A stretch of 24,043 nucleotides of DNA from a bacterium (GTDB lineage: Bacteria > Desulfobacterota > DSWW01), in contig JBFLZG010000040.1 of assembly GCA_040756235.1 (NCBI GenBank), positions 1 through 24,043 on the forward strand, written 5' to 3'. The notes under the pieces are model-generated. The model saw only the letters and a program-made list of their open reading frames with translations. It had not been told where the DNA came from and ran no database searches. The translations under genes were made by a program, and so were the position numbers. The first letter of the stretch is position 1. Each line of letters begins with the position of its first letter. Shown here piece by piece: positions 15,263 through 24,043 of the stretch.

Positions 15263-16692
15263 GTGGTCCGCACCGTCTACGACCCGTGCTGCGGAACCGG
15301 CGGCATGCTGACGATCGCCAAGGAGCGGATCCAGGAGTGGAACCCGCAGGCTGAAGTCCACCTCTTCGGGCAAGAGGTCAACCCCGAGACCTGGGCGGTC
15401 TGCAAGTCGGATCTTCTGATGTCCAGCGCCGACGGCCGTGACGCGGACAACATCATGGGGCCGGACAAGAGCACGCTCTCTCAAGATCTCTTCGCCGACC
15501 GCCGCTTCGATTACCTCCTCGCGAACCCCTACGGGAAGGACTGGAAGGCCGATCTGGAGGCGGTCCGGGACGAGGCCGCGCGGGGCGCTGCAGGACGCTT
15601 CGGGGCGGGTCTCCCGCGCATCAGCGACGGGCAACTTCTCTTCCTCCAGCACATGCTCTCGCGCATGAAGGCCGTAGACGACGGAGGCAGCCGGGTGGCG
15701 ATCGTCATGAACGGGTCGCCGCTGTTCTCGGGAGACGCTGGCGGCGGCGAAAGCGAGATCCGCCGTTGGATCCTGGAGAACGACTGGCTTGAGACGATCG
15801 TCGCGCTGCCCGAGCAGCTCTTCTACAACACGGGGATCAGCACGTATGTCTGGGTACTGACCAACCGCAAAGAGAAGGCGCGCCGGGGCAAGGTGCTCCT
15901 CGTCGATGCCTCATCTCTGTGGCGCCCGATGAAGAAGAGCCTCGGCCAGAAGCGTCGCGAGCTCGGGCCCGAGGATATCCGCCGCATCGTCGAGATAGTC
16001 GATACCTTCCGGGAAGGTGAGTACGCCCGCATTTACCCGACTACCTTCTTCGGCTACCGGAAGATCACGGTCGAGCGCCCGCTTCGGCTGAACTTCCAGG
16101 CGAGCCCCGAGCGCATCGTTCGGCTCCGCGAGGACAAGACCTTCCAGGGGCTCGCTACGAGCAAGAAACGTGAGCCCAAGGCGAAATCTGCAGAGGAGGC
16201 CGCCGGCCGGGCCGAGCAGGAAGCAACCCTCGCGATGCTCGAGACCCTTCCGAGCAGGCTCTACATGGAACGGGCCGAGTTCGAAAAGGCCCTGGGCAAG
16301 GCCGCCAAGACCTCAGGCATCAAGCTCAAGGCGCCGGTGCAGAAAGCTATCCTGGGCGCACTTTCGGAGCGGGACGACTCCGCCGCGGTCTGCGTCGACA
16401 AGGACGGGAACCCCGAGCCGACCCGGAGCTTCGGGATACCGAGAATGTTCCGCTCGCCGAGAGGGTCGACGCTTACTTCGAACGGGAGGTCCGGCCGCAC
16501 GTGCCCGACGCATGGATCAACACGGCTATCCGCGACCCGAAGGACGGGAAGATCGGGAAGGTCGGTTACGAGATCAACTTCAACCGGTATTTTTACAGGT
16601 TCCAGCCGCCGCGTCCTCTCGAGGAGATCGAGGCGGACATCCGAGCGATCGAGAAGGAGATCCTCGGCATGCTAGGGGAGGTGGCCGGTTGA
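15263..16692 (+). pseudogene. hsdM: type I restriction-modification methyltransferase subunit M, 5'-truncated and frameshifted
   Basis: Begins at VYDPCCGTGGML; FGQEVNPET, LANPYG (NPPY minus one P), NGSPLFSG, FYNTGISTY; frameshift near 16420 to DPELRDTENVPL..VPDAWIN..GYEINFNRYFY, stop at 16692. Confidence 0.88.
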
Positions 16693-17768
16693 GCAAGGGG
16701 ATGGTGAAGCGAGGTCGCGGGACACCGCCGTCCAGCGCGGCGCTCATCGGTGAGTTGCTGGCCGACGTACTCCGGCTCATCGAGGAGGCGCGCCGACAGA
16801 CGGCGGTGGCGGTCAACGCCGGCCTGACCTTCCTCTACTGGCGGATCGGCGACCGGATCCACCGGGAGGTGCTCAAGGGACGACGTGCCGACTACGGGGA
16901 ACGGATTCTTGCCACGCTGTCGCAAGAATTGGCCAGCGAGTACGGGCAGGGGTTCAGCTACGCGGCCCTGACCCGCATGGTCAAGTTCTCGGAGTGCTTT
17001 GGCGACGCCGAGATTGTTGCCACGCTGTCGCGACAGTTGAGCTGGTCGCACTTCCGCGAACTGCTCCCGCTCGACCAGCCGCTCCAGCGCGACTTCTACG
17101 CCGAGATGTGCCGGGTCCAGCGGTGGAGCGTCCGCCAGCTCCGGCAGCAGATCGATTCGATGCTCTACGAGCGCACGGCCCTATCCCGCAAGCCCGAGGC
17201 GGTCGTCGAGGCCCAGATCCAGGAGCTCCGCCGCCAGGACGCGGTTAGCCCCGACCTCGTGCTCAAGGACCCCTACGTGCTCGACTTCCTGGGCCTTCGG
17301 GACCGCTACCTAGAGAAGGACCTCGAGGACGCGATTCTTCGCGAACTGGAGGCGTTCATTCTCGAGCTCGGGACAGGCTTCTGCTTCTTCGCGCGCCAGA
17401 TCCGGCTCCAGGTTGATGGCGACGACTTCTACATCGACCTCGTCTTTTACAATCGCAAGCTCAGGCGACTCGTGGCGGTCGACTTGAAGGTCGGGCCGTT
17501 CAAGCCCGAGTACAAGGGCCAGATGGAGCTCTACCTGCGCTGGCTCGACCGCAACGTTCGTGAGCCCGGGGAGGAGTCCCCGCTCGGACTGATCCTGTGC
17601 GCGGGCAAGAAGAGGGAGCAGATCGAGCTACTGGAGCTCGATAAGAACGGCATCCACGTTGCCGAGTACCTGACCGTGCTCCCCCCGCGCAAGGAGCTGA
17701 GCCGACGGCTGCACGCGGCCATCGAGCGGTCCCAAGAGCGCCTTGCCGCCGAGGAGGAAGCCAAGTGA
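16689..17768 (+). CDS. YhcG/DUF1016 family PD-(D/E)xK nuclease-domain protein
   Basis: VNAGLTFLYWRIG, LSWSHF, WSVRQL, KDPYVLDFLGL, ELGTGF, DFYIDLVFY..DLK and GQMELYL motifs; TTG overlaps the hsdM stop (alternative ATG 16701). Confidence 0.92.
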   Translation: MSKGMVKRGRGTPPSSAALIGELLADVLRLIEEARRQTAVAVNAGLTFLYWRIGDRIHREVLKGRRADYGERILATLSQELASEYGQGFSYAALTRMVKFSECFGDAEIVATLSRQLSWSHFRELLPLDQPLQRDFYAEMCRVQRWSVRQLRQQIDSMLYERTALSRKPEAVVEAQIQELRRQDAVSPDLVLKDPYVLDFLGLRDRYLEKDLEDAILRELEAFILELGTGFCFFARQIRLQVDGDDFYIDLVFYNRKLRRLVAVDLKVGPFKPEYKGQMELYLRWLDRNVREPGEESPLGLILCAGKKREQIELLELDKNGIHVAEYLTVLPPRKELSRRLHAAIERSQERLAAEEEAK

Positions 17769-19215
17769 CTGAGGCGGCTCAGGTTCTATGGCCAGCGCGG
17801 AAGCGCAGGCCGGTGGCCGGAAGGAGCAGGCGACGGTATCCGGCTTATAGGGATTCGGGTGTGGTGGCCGGAAGCTTGCCGGGATTCTATCCGGGATCCT
17901 GTTCTCCGGCTCACTCTCAGGATATCTCCGGAAGCCGTCGGCCGAGACCAGGTACGCTTCGAAAACGTGGCGCGGATTCACGTGCTCGAAGGCGTGGAGG
18001 GGGCTCGCGGCTTCCTCTCTGCTCACTTCCGTCACGAGGAGGCGATCCTGGGTCTTCCCGAGCACGAACCGGTAGGTGCGGTTCTTGAAGCTTTCACCGC
18101 CTGCAAGCTCGTCCCCGCCGAATTCCAGGATGTGGCCCGGCCGGATCTTCTCGGCAGAAGCAAACCTTCCTCCTTCTGCGGTATCCAGAAAGAACGCGTC
18201 GGCCGTGACCCGGTTGCCGGAGCGGGTCACGACTTCCGGAGTGCGCATGAGGAGGCCCGGCTGCTCGGGGTGGGGCCTCACGGCCGCGACCCAGTTCGGG
18301 GCGCCCTCGGTCGGGTTGTAGCTCAGGTTGGGTATCGCCCCCCTGGTTACGGGAACGGTCTCGGCCTCTCTGGGGCGTCCCAGGCGGTCCACGATGAAAG
18401 CCCGGTTCGCGCTCTTTTCCTGGCCTACCTCGACGATGATGTCGCCCGCCTGGGCTTTCCGTGGGGCGGACCCGTCTGAGAGGGTGACCCCCATCTCGGG
18501 GGCGATCTTCTCCCACCATCTCTCGTGTCGCATGAGGTGGAGAAGCTTCTCGTGATCCATGGATCCCCTGGCGCTCGCGACCTCCCGGTACTGCTCGCCA
18601 AACCTGGCGAGGTCGATCGGGCCGCCTGCCGCCTCCGGAAGGCGTTGAAAGAGAAGGGGCGTTTGAGTTTTCCCGGCCTGGGGTTCGGAGTAGGGGAGAA
18701 GCGCCTCGCGCTCGGGTCCGGAAGTCGTGGCGTCGCGCCCCGGAGCAGATTTCAGGGCTTGGCTTTGCATGTCCGCATAGACCTCCCCGTAAGCCGCGGC
18801 CCGCTCGTAGGCGGAGAGGAATTCGAGGTTCCGTATCTGTTCCCGGTCCCCGTCCGGAAGGTTCGCAAAATGCGGCATTTGCTCGAGCACCACGACCGTG
18901 TCACCGGGCCGCGCCCGTGCCGTGTCCCTGGCGTACTCGTTGGCGGCGCGCTCCAAGGGCGTGTTCCTGAACTCGGGAACCGTGGCTGTCGTGTGCTCCC
19001 TCTCCCGGGCTGCCTGGATGAGGGTCGCTTCCGGGCCGCTTCGGGTAGGGATCAGAACCGTTGCGCCGGAATGGAGGAATGCCTTGATCTCGGGCAGAAT
19101 CTCGCTTCTGGAAGGTGCTGCGGCGAGGAGGTCCCAACCAGGTCTCCCGAGGTATTCGGGGGTAAAGCCCCCGCGGCCTCGTCCCGGACGGGAAATCTCC
19201 TGACACTGGTATTCG
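17628..19215 (-). pseudogene. large hypothetical protein, 3' part, 5' end cut by IS66
   Basis: About 530 open codons with protein-like composition; the first ~33 codons of track ORF 17628..19313 lie inside the IS; the last 141 nt overlap yhcG antisense. Confidence 0.55.
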
Positions 19216-19306
19216 GTAACCGTCCGGTCATCCCCATCTTGAACCAGATCAGCCATCCCCGCCAAAATGCTGCCATGGTCATCAACTCCATCCAGGGGGA
19301 TACGCC

Positions 19307-19720
19307 ATGGCACAGGATCCCGTTCACCGGATAAATCAGGGAAAGCAGACGTTCTGGATCGGCCAGCTTCAGCGATGGGCCGTCAGTGGGACGTCCGCAC
19401 GAGCCTATTGCTCCCAGCATCAGCTCAGGGAGAGGCAGTTCCATTGGTGGAAGAAGGTCTTGCAGAAGAGAGGGCTTTGGAAGCCCAGTCGCAAGAGCCA
19501 GCGCGCCTCGGCATCTCGACCGCTTGTCCCCGAAGCTGCATTTGTTCCGGTGCGCGTGTCACAGACAGATCCGACGATTTCAAGAAAGAAGGCAGAACCA
19601 CCGGGGCCCGCAACAATGGAACTCTGCCTGGGAGGCCGATACCGGGTGCGGATCCCGCAAGGATTTGATCCCCTGACCCTGGATCAGCTCCTTTGCGTGC
19701 TGGAGGGGCGGCCGTGTTGA
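19307..19720 (+). CDS. tnpA: IS66 accessory protein TnpA
   Basis: FW..W..SGTSARAYC..QFHWWKK HTH; FVPVRV; VRIPQGFDP. Confidence 0.88.
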   Translation: MAQDPVHRINQGKQTFWIGQLQRWAVSGTSARAYCSQHQLRERQFHWWKKVLQKRGLWKPSRKSQRASASRPLVPEAAFVPVRVSQTDPTISRKKAEPPGPATMELCLGGRYRVRIPQGFDPLTLDQLLCVLEGRPC

Positions 19721-20070
19721 GTCTGCCGCCTTCGGTGCGCATTTTTCTCTGCACCCGGCCGGTAGACATGCGGCTCTCTTTCGATCGGCTTGCAGCGCTG
19801 GCCGAGCAGGTGCTCGAGGAGTCGCCCTTCACGGGCCATCTTTTCGTGTATGTGAACAGGCAGGGCGACCGGGTGAAGATCCTTTACTGGGACCGGGTCG
19901 GATTTGCGATCTGGTACAGAAGGTTGGAGAGAGGGACCTACCGGTTCCCTTTCGTCGAGGGCCCCCGAGTCGAGATGAATTCCTCCGAGCTGGCGCTGAT
20001 CCTGGAAGGGATCGACTTGAGTGGGTCGCGCAGGCAGAAGCGATACGCGCGGGCGGCGTGCGAGACCTGA
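19714..20070 (+). CDS. tnpB: IS66 accessory protein TnpB
   Basis: VDMRLSFDRL, KILYWDRVGF..RRLERG, LILEGID; GTGTTGA overlap with tnpA. Confidence 0.93.
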   Translation: MLSLPPSVRIFLCTRPVDMRLSFDRLAALAEQVLEESPFTGHLFVYVNRQGDRVKILYWDRVGFAIWYRRLERGTYRFPFVEGPRVEMNSSELALILEGIDLSGSRRQKRYARAACET

Positions 20071-20178
20071 TGTGATGAGATCTGGCTATTGGGATAGAAG
20101 TACTGTTGCCTTCTTCCGAGAGATAGTGTAAAAGGTGGATGCATTTGCTAAGCGCCATCATGCCAGTCGATCCGGGCC

Positions 20179-21714
20179 ATGCAAGAAGAAGCTCCAGTCC
20201 TACCCACAGATCTCACTCAATGCCACGCGGTCATCCTGGAGATGGCCGAGAAGATCCGCGAGCTCAATCTGCTCAACGAGAAGCACAAGCATCAGCTGGC
20301 GCAGCTTCTGCGGCACCGGTTCGGGCAACGTGCAGACCGGATCAGTTCTGAACAGCTGGTTTTGTGGGTGCTCGAGGCAACCGAGGACGCCTCAGCGGCG
20401 CCGGAGAAGCCGGGACCGCCAGCGGCTTCCGGCGGGCCCAGGGGGCGGGGACACGGCAGGCGGCCATTGCCGAAGGATCTCCCTCGCAAACGGGTCGTCC
20501 ATGATGTAGCGCCCGAGGAGAAGATCTGCCCGAGATGCCAGGAGGAGAAGAGGAAAATCGGAGAGGAGGTGAGCGAACAGCTGGAGTATGTCCCGGCCTC
20601 CTTTTACGTGATCGAAAACGTTCGGCCGAAGTATGTCTGCGTGCATTGTGAGGAGGGGGTGGTTCAGGGCAGGAAACCGATGCAGGCGATCGAGAAGGGC
20701 CTTCCGGGGCCGGGGTTTCTGGCGCACGTAGTCACGAGCAAGTACGCCGATCACTTGCCGCTGTATCGTCTGGAAGGAATTTTCGCGCGGCACGGGGTGG
20801 AGATCCGCCGGAGCACGATGTGCGGCTGGATGGCCTACACTGCAGAGTTGCTGGCTCCTCTTTACGAGCGGATGTGCAGGGCGGTGCTTTCCTCCAAGGT
20901 GATCTTCACCGACGACACGCCAACCCCGGTCCAGGACCGGGATCTGACGAGGACCCGGACCGGCCGGATTTGGGTCTATGTGGGGGACCGGCAGCATCGG
21001 TACACGGTGTACGATTATACGGCGGACCGGAGCCGGGATGGGCCGGCGAGGTTCTTGGAAGGGTTCAGCGGCTATCTTCAAGCGGACGCCTACCCGGGCT
21101 ATGATGCACTGTACCGGGACGGCAGGATCAAGGAGGTTGGGTGTTGGGCTCACTCACGGCGCCGTTATGTGGAGGCGGAGATGACTCATCCAGTCAATGC
21201 GGCCATAGCCGTTGCATGGATCCGGAGGCTTTACCGGCTCGAGGATGCCGCCCGACGGATGGATCCTGCCTCTCGCCAGGCGCTTCGACAGCAGAGGGCT
21301 AAACCCATCCTGGAAGGTTTTAAAGAATGGCTGGACCGAACCGTTCTGGAGGTCTTGCCCAAGAGCCCGTTGGGGCAAGCCATCGGATACACCCTTTCGA
21401 ACTGGGCCGCGCTGAATCGTTATCTTGAGGATGGCGACCTGGAGATCGACAACGGCCGGGCGGAGCGAGCCCTGAAGCCCACAGCCCTCGGTAGGAAAAA
21501 TTGGTTATTCTTTGGCAGTGACCGTGGAGGGCAGACCGGCGCGATCCTGAAAAGCTTCACGGCGACATGCAAGGACTTGAAGATCGACCCCTTCGTCTAT
21601 CTGCGCGACATCTTCGAGAGGATCAGCGCCCACCCCATGAACCGGCTGGACGAACTGCTCCCGGACCGGTGGCTGGCCGAGCGAATCGCCTCGGCACAGG
21701 ATCCGGCCGCGTAG
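20179..21714 (+). CDS. tnpC: IS66 DDE transposase TnpC
   Basis: RFGQRAD, CxxC zinc finger, KYADHLPLYR, TDDTP, LQADAY, CWAHSRR, IDNGRAERA, GRKNWLF. Confidence 0.96.
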   Translation: MQEEAPVLPTDLTQCHAVILEMAEKIRELNLLNEKHKHQLAQLLRHRFGQRADRISSEQLVLWVLEATEDASAAPEKPGPPAASGGPRGRGHGRRPLPKDLPRKRVVHDVAPEEKICPRCQEEKRKIGEEVSEQLEYVPASFYVIENVRPKYVCVHCEEGVVQGRKPMQAIEKGLPGPGFLAHVVTSKYADHLPLYRLEGIFARHGVEIRRSTMCGWMAYTAELLAPLYERMCRAVLSSKVIFTDDTPTPVQDRDLTRTRTGRIWVYVGDRQHRYTVYDYTADRSRDGPARFLEGFSGYLQADAYPGYDALYRDGRIKEVGCWAHSRRRYVEAEMTHPVNAAIAVAWIRRLYRLEDAARRMDPASRQALRQQRAKPILEGFKEWLDRTVLEVLPKSPLGQAIGYTLSNWAALNRYLEDGDLEIDNGRAERALKPTALGRKNWLFFGSDRGGQTGAILKSFTATCKDLKIDPFVYLRDIFERISAHPMNRLDELLPDRWLAERIASAQDPAA

Positions 21715-21761
21715 TAGTAAACGAGAACTGTCCCCTGCTTCACGCATACGACAGGGTCCCG

Positions 21762-22076
21762 ATGAGCAGAACAAGGCAAACGAACGGCCCTCGGTCGGCA
21801 GACTCGATTCCTGTCTCCTTCACCCTCTCGCAAAGGGATCTGATCCTGGGTCGCCACCAAGGCAATATCCCTCTTGCCCCGCTCGTCGACGAGGAGACGT
21901 TCCGGGCCGCCGTCGTCGAGAAAAACTCCGTCGTCGTCCACATGCCCCTGTACCATGTCGAGCATCTCATGGGCTTCGTCGCCGGAGATGCGAACCACAC
22001 CCGGAACCGGAGGCTGGCTCGTCAGTTGGACGAGCTCTTCCTCCACCTTCAGAGCATTGTCGACCGCTACAGCTGA
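21762..22076 (+). CDS. hypothetical passenger protein inside IS66
   Basis: 104 aa ORF filling the space between tnpC and the right TIR; helical C-terminus MGFVAGDANHTRNRRLARQLDELF. Confidence 0.65.
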   Translation: MSRTRQTNGPRSADSIPVSFTLSQRDLILGRHQGNIPLAPLVDEETFRAAVVEKNSVVVHMPLYHVEHLMGFVAGDANHTRNRRLARQLDELFLHLQSIVDRYS

Positions 22077-22205
22077 ATCCGCCTGCTCCTTCACCCCTCC
22101 TGCCCACCCCCCCGTCCATCGTCCAGCCCCCCCATGGGGTTCACCGGACGGTTACGGTATTCGGGCGGCGGGCTTTGCTGTCAGGAAGGCCTCACGTTTG
22201 GTCTA

Positions 22206-22874
22206 TCAGGGCAGCTGGTGGTTGAAATTGTCCGGGTGAATCGATACCCAGACATCCTTTCTCATCTCCTCGCGAATGGCCGCGTCTCTACGGGACAGAA
22301 GGTTCACGAACCCCTGTATCTCTTCCGGTGCGGCAAGGTCTGTGAAGAGGCGCACGAGCTCCCTGGGGAGGTTGGTGGCGACTTCCAGGACCTCGACCTC
22401 CACATCCGTACCCACGTCCGGGTCGTTCCTCGAGAGTGCCTCGCGGTGTGCTGCAACGAGCCGGCGGGCGGCGGCACACTGCTTCAAGGTCTCGAGCTTT
22501 TCGACTTCCCGGGAAAGACGCTCGAAAAGGTCCACCCTTCCCGAGTCGAGCTCTTTGCGGATACCGGTGGCTGGTAGATTTCGGGGATCGCGCGGGTCGC
22601 CCTTCTTCGCCCCAATCCGTTCCGTGTACGCCTCCTGCCAGATGAGCTCGAGCGCCTCGAGCTGGGCAGGGTTCCTCGCCGCAAGGATCACGAACTTGAC
22701 CGGGGCCGGCACCCGGCGGAACGGGAAGAGATCCTTGGCGCCGGCTCTCCTTTCCGGGTCTTCGGAGAGGCGCCTTCTCTGGAACTCGAAGACGGGCCGG
22801 ACCTCGTCGAATTCTTCAGGGATCGCGAGAGCGTTCAGGCCCTGGCAGAAAAGGCTTCTCGTGAGCGGTCCCAT
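22206..22874 (-). CDS. hypothetical protein (possibly the 5' part of the gene continuing at 19215)
   Basis: AAGGAG RBS before ATG 22874; 222 aa, charged and helical; track start 23006 is less well supported. Confidence 0.55.
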   Translation of the reverse strand: MGPLTRSLFCQGLNALAIPEEFDEVRPVFEFQRRRLSEDPERRAGAKDLFPFRRVPAPVKFVILAARNPAQLEALELIWQEAYTERIGAKKGDPRDPRNLPATGIRKELDSGRVDLFERLSREVEKLETLKQCAAARRLVAAHREALSRNDPDVGTDVEVEVLEVATNLPRELVRLFTDLAAPEEIQGFVNLLSRRDAAIREEMRKDVWVSIHPDNFNHQLP

Positions 22875-23166
22875 CGAGTGTCTCCTTGATCCAAGTTGGA
22901 AAAACGGCTGTGTTTTCAAGGTGGTCTCTGCATGCATCTGGCTGTAGCAACGGTCGTGCCAGAGGGGAGGTCCGGGGCGCTGGAGGAGCTGAATGCTCTC
23001 GGTCATGCCTGCGAGGAGGATGGAGTATTGAACGTGCCACAGAACTCAGAACGGGCGTGCCTTCGGTCCGCCCAGGGCTCCGGGAGCGCTCTGCCCGGCC
23101 AACTGTGGATTCTCTATTCTTTATAAATAAGAGAACGGAGCAAGAAAAAGCAGGCAGGTAAGAAGA

Positions 23167-23508
23167 TCAACTTTCTCGCCTGAGGATCTCCTCGATCTGT
23201 ATCCGCAGCTCGGGTATATTGCTGATAGCCACGTCCCAGACGATATCGTAGTCCACTCCAAAATAGCTGTGAACCACCTTGTCCCTCATCCCGGCCATTG
23301 CACGCCACTCGACGTCAGGGTAGCGCTGCTTTAATTCAGAAGACACTTTTTTCGTCGCCTCCCCGATGATCTCAATGCTCCTCACGAAGGCCCGTTTGGC
23401 GGTCTCATCCCCAAGGAATTGCTCTCGACTCAGGGTCTCGGTCTGCCCTGCGAGAAAATGCGCTTCTTCCAGGATGTGGCGCAGAAAATCAAGCGGCGAG
23501 AGGGACAT
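23167..23508 (-). CDS. HepT-like (DUF86/HEPN) ribonuclease toxin
   Basis: EIIGEA and WRAMAGMRDKVVHSYFGVD (RX4HXY) motifs. Confidence 0.93.
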   Translation of the reverse strand: MSLSPLDFLRHILEEAHFLAGQTETLSREQFLGDETAKRAFVRSIEIIGEATKKVSSELKQRYPDVEWRAMAGMRDKVVHSYFGVDYDIVWDVAISNIPELRIQIEEILRRES

Positions 23509-23806
23509 ACTCCACTTCCTCGAGTATGTGAGGCCCTATGTATGGGCTGAGTGCCTCCGTAGTCACCAACTCCACCCGACGACTGAGTAAATCCTCCAGG
23601 AGAAAGACGAGATTCATGAAGTGATCGAACGTTTTCTGCCCCGGGTCAAATTCAACCAGCAGATCCACGTCACTACTGGGGCTCTGCCCTCCCCGGACAA
23701 AGGAGCCGAACAAGCCCAGGCGCTTCACTCCCAGCTCCCGGATGCGGCTTTCGTTCGCCTGGAGGACCCTTATGATATCTCCTTTGGTCGGAACGTTCGT
23801 CTTCAT
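23489..23806 (-). CDS. MntA-like minimal nucleotidyltransferase antitoxin
   Basis: LFGSFVRGGQSPSSDVDLLVEF (GSX10DXD); overlaps the start of the HEPN gene. Confidence 0.93.
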   Translation of the reverse strand: MKTNVPTKGDIIRVLQANESRIRELGVKRLGLFGSFVRGGQSPSSDVDLLVEFDPGQKTFDHFMNLVFLLEDLLSRRVELVTTEALSPYIGPHILEEVEYVPLAA

Positions 23807-24043
23807 TTCTTCACTCGGTTGGTGTCATCCTGAGCGGTAAGCCCGCGACCGACGCGCGAACACCAGCACGGAAGGAAGTTTCGCACAACGGCGAAGTGTT
23901 TTCAAAAGCGCGAATCGACTTCTTCTTGTGTGAGCCATGCGGCGTATTCAATCGCCTGTTGAATGTCCTCCCGCTCCAGGTCCGGATACCCTTCAAGAAT
24001 CTCGTCGAAAGTGGCGCCGTGGGCAATCTGACCGACGATGACT

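Larger units (their letters stand above)
19216..22155 (+). mobile_element. complete IS66-family element, 2940 bp
   Basis: TIRs GTAACCGTCCGGTCATCCCCAT and reverse complement GTAACCGTCCGGTGAACCCCAT (20/22); perfect 8-bp TSD GGTATTCG at 19208-19215 and 22156-22163; tnpA-tnpB-tnpC. Confidence 0.97.
8406..24043. mobile_element. tRNA-Thr-integrated genomic island, decaying MOBF-type integrative mobilisable/conjugative element (right end outside window)
   Basis: Integrase abuts the tRNA 3' end; relaxase, T4CP remnant, ssb, radC, RM remnant, TA genes and an IS follow; no duplicated tRNA 3' end seen in the window. Confidence 0.85.

Noticed and set aside
16170..16688. N-terminal extension of YhcG in the ORF track
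   Set aside because: Alternative frame over hsdM; YhcG homology starts after 16689
18311..18365. tRNA-like GGGTTGTAGCTCAGGTTGG
   Set aside because: D-stem does not close, there is no T-loop or acceptor pairing, and it is antisense to a coding frame; not the distal att site
23811..24043. Small ORF 23811..24026 at the window end
   Set aside because: No recognisable motif and context is cut off by the window edge
1..24043. CRISPR array, rRNA or duplicated tRNA 3' end (attR)
   Set aside because: No regularly spaced repeat-spacer units, rRNA-like sequence or second CCGCCGGCTCCA seen by eye

Overview
GC-rich bacterial DNA; gene content and the palindromic repeat family suggest Desulfobacterota/deltaproteobacteria (inference). 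The window has two parts. (1) 1-8405, host chromosome: two MITE-like palindromic repeats; an acyl-CoA dehydrogenase-etfB-etfA operon whose EtfA is fused in frame to an XRE-HTH/cupin regulator; a metallophosphoesterase; a BepA-like M48/TPR lipoprotein; a Na+/H+ antiporter-like transporter; and tRNA-Thr(CGT). (2) 8406-24043, the left part of an integrative, MOBF-type mobilisable/conjugative element inserted at the tRNA; its other end is not in the window. It carries a tyrosine integrase with an overlapping excisionase-like ORF, a coupling-protein remnant, an RHH/coiled-coil/TM protein, a helicase-less TrwC-type relaxase and a candidate oriT/nic. Beyond oriT lies a leading-region-like block: M23 peptidase, orphan BrnA-like antitoxin, ssb, decayed radC and hsdM, YhcG nuclease, a large hypothetical gene apparently split by a complete IS66 (8-bp TSD, extra passenger ORF), and a HepT/MntA toxin-antitoxin pair. 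Best candidates for novelty are the EtfA-regulator fusion and the oriT-oriented leading-region cassette.
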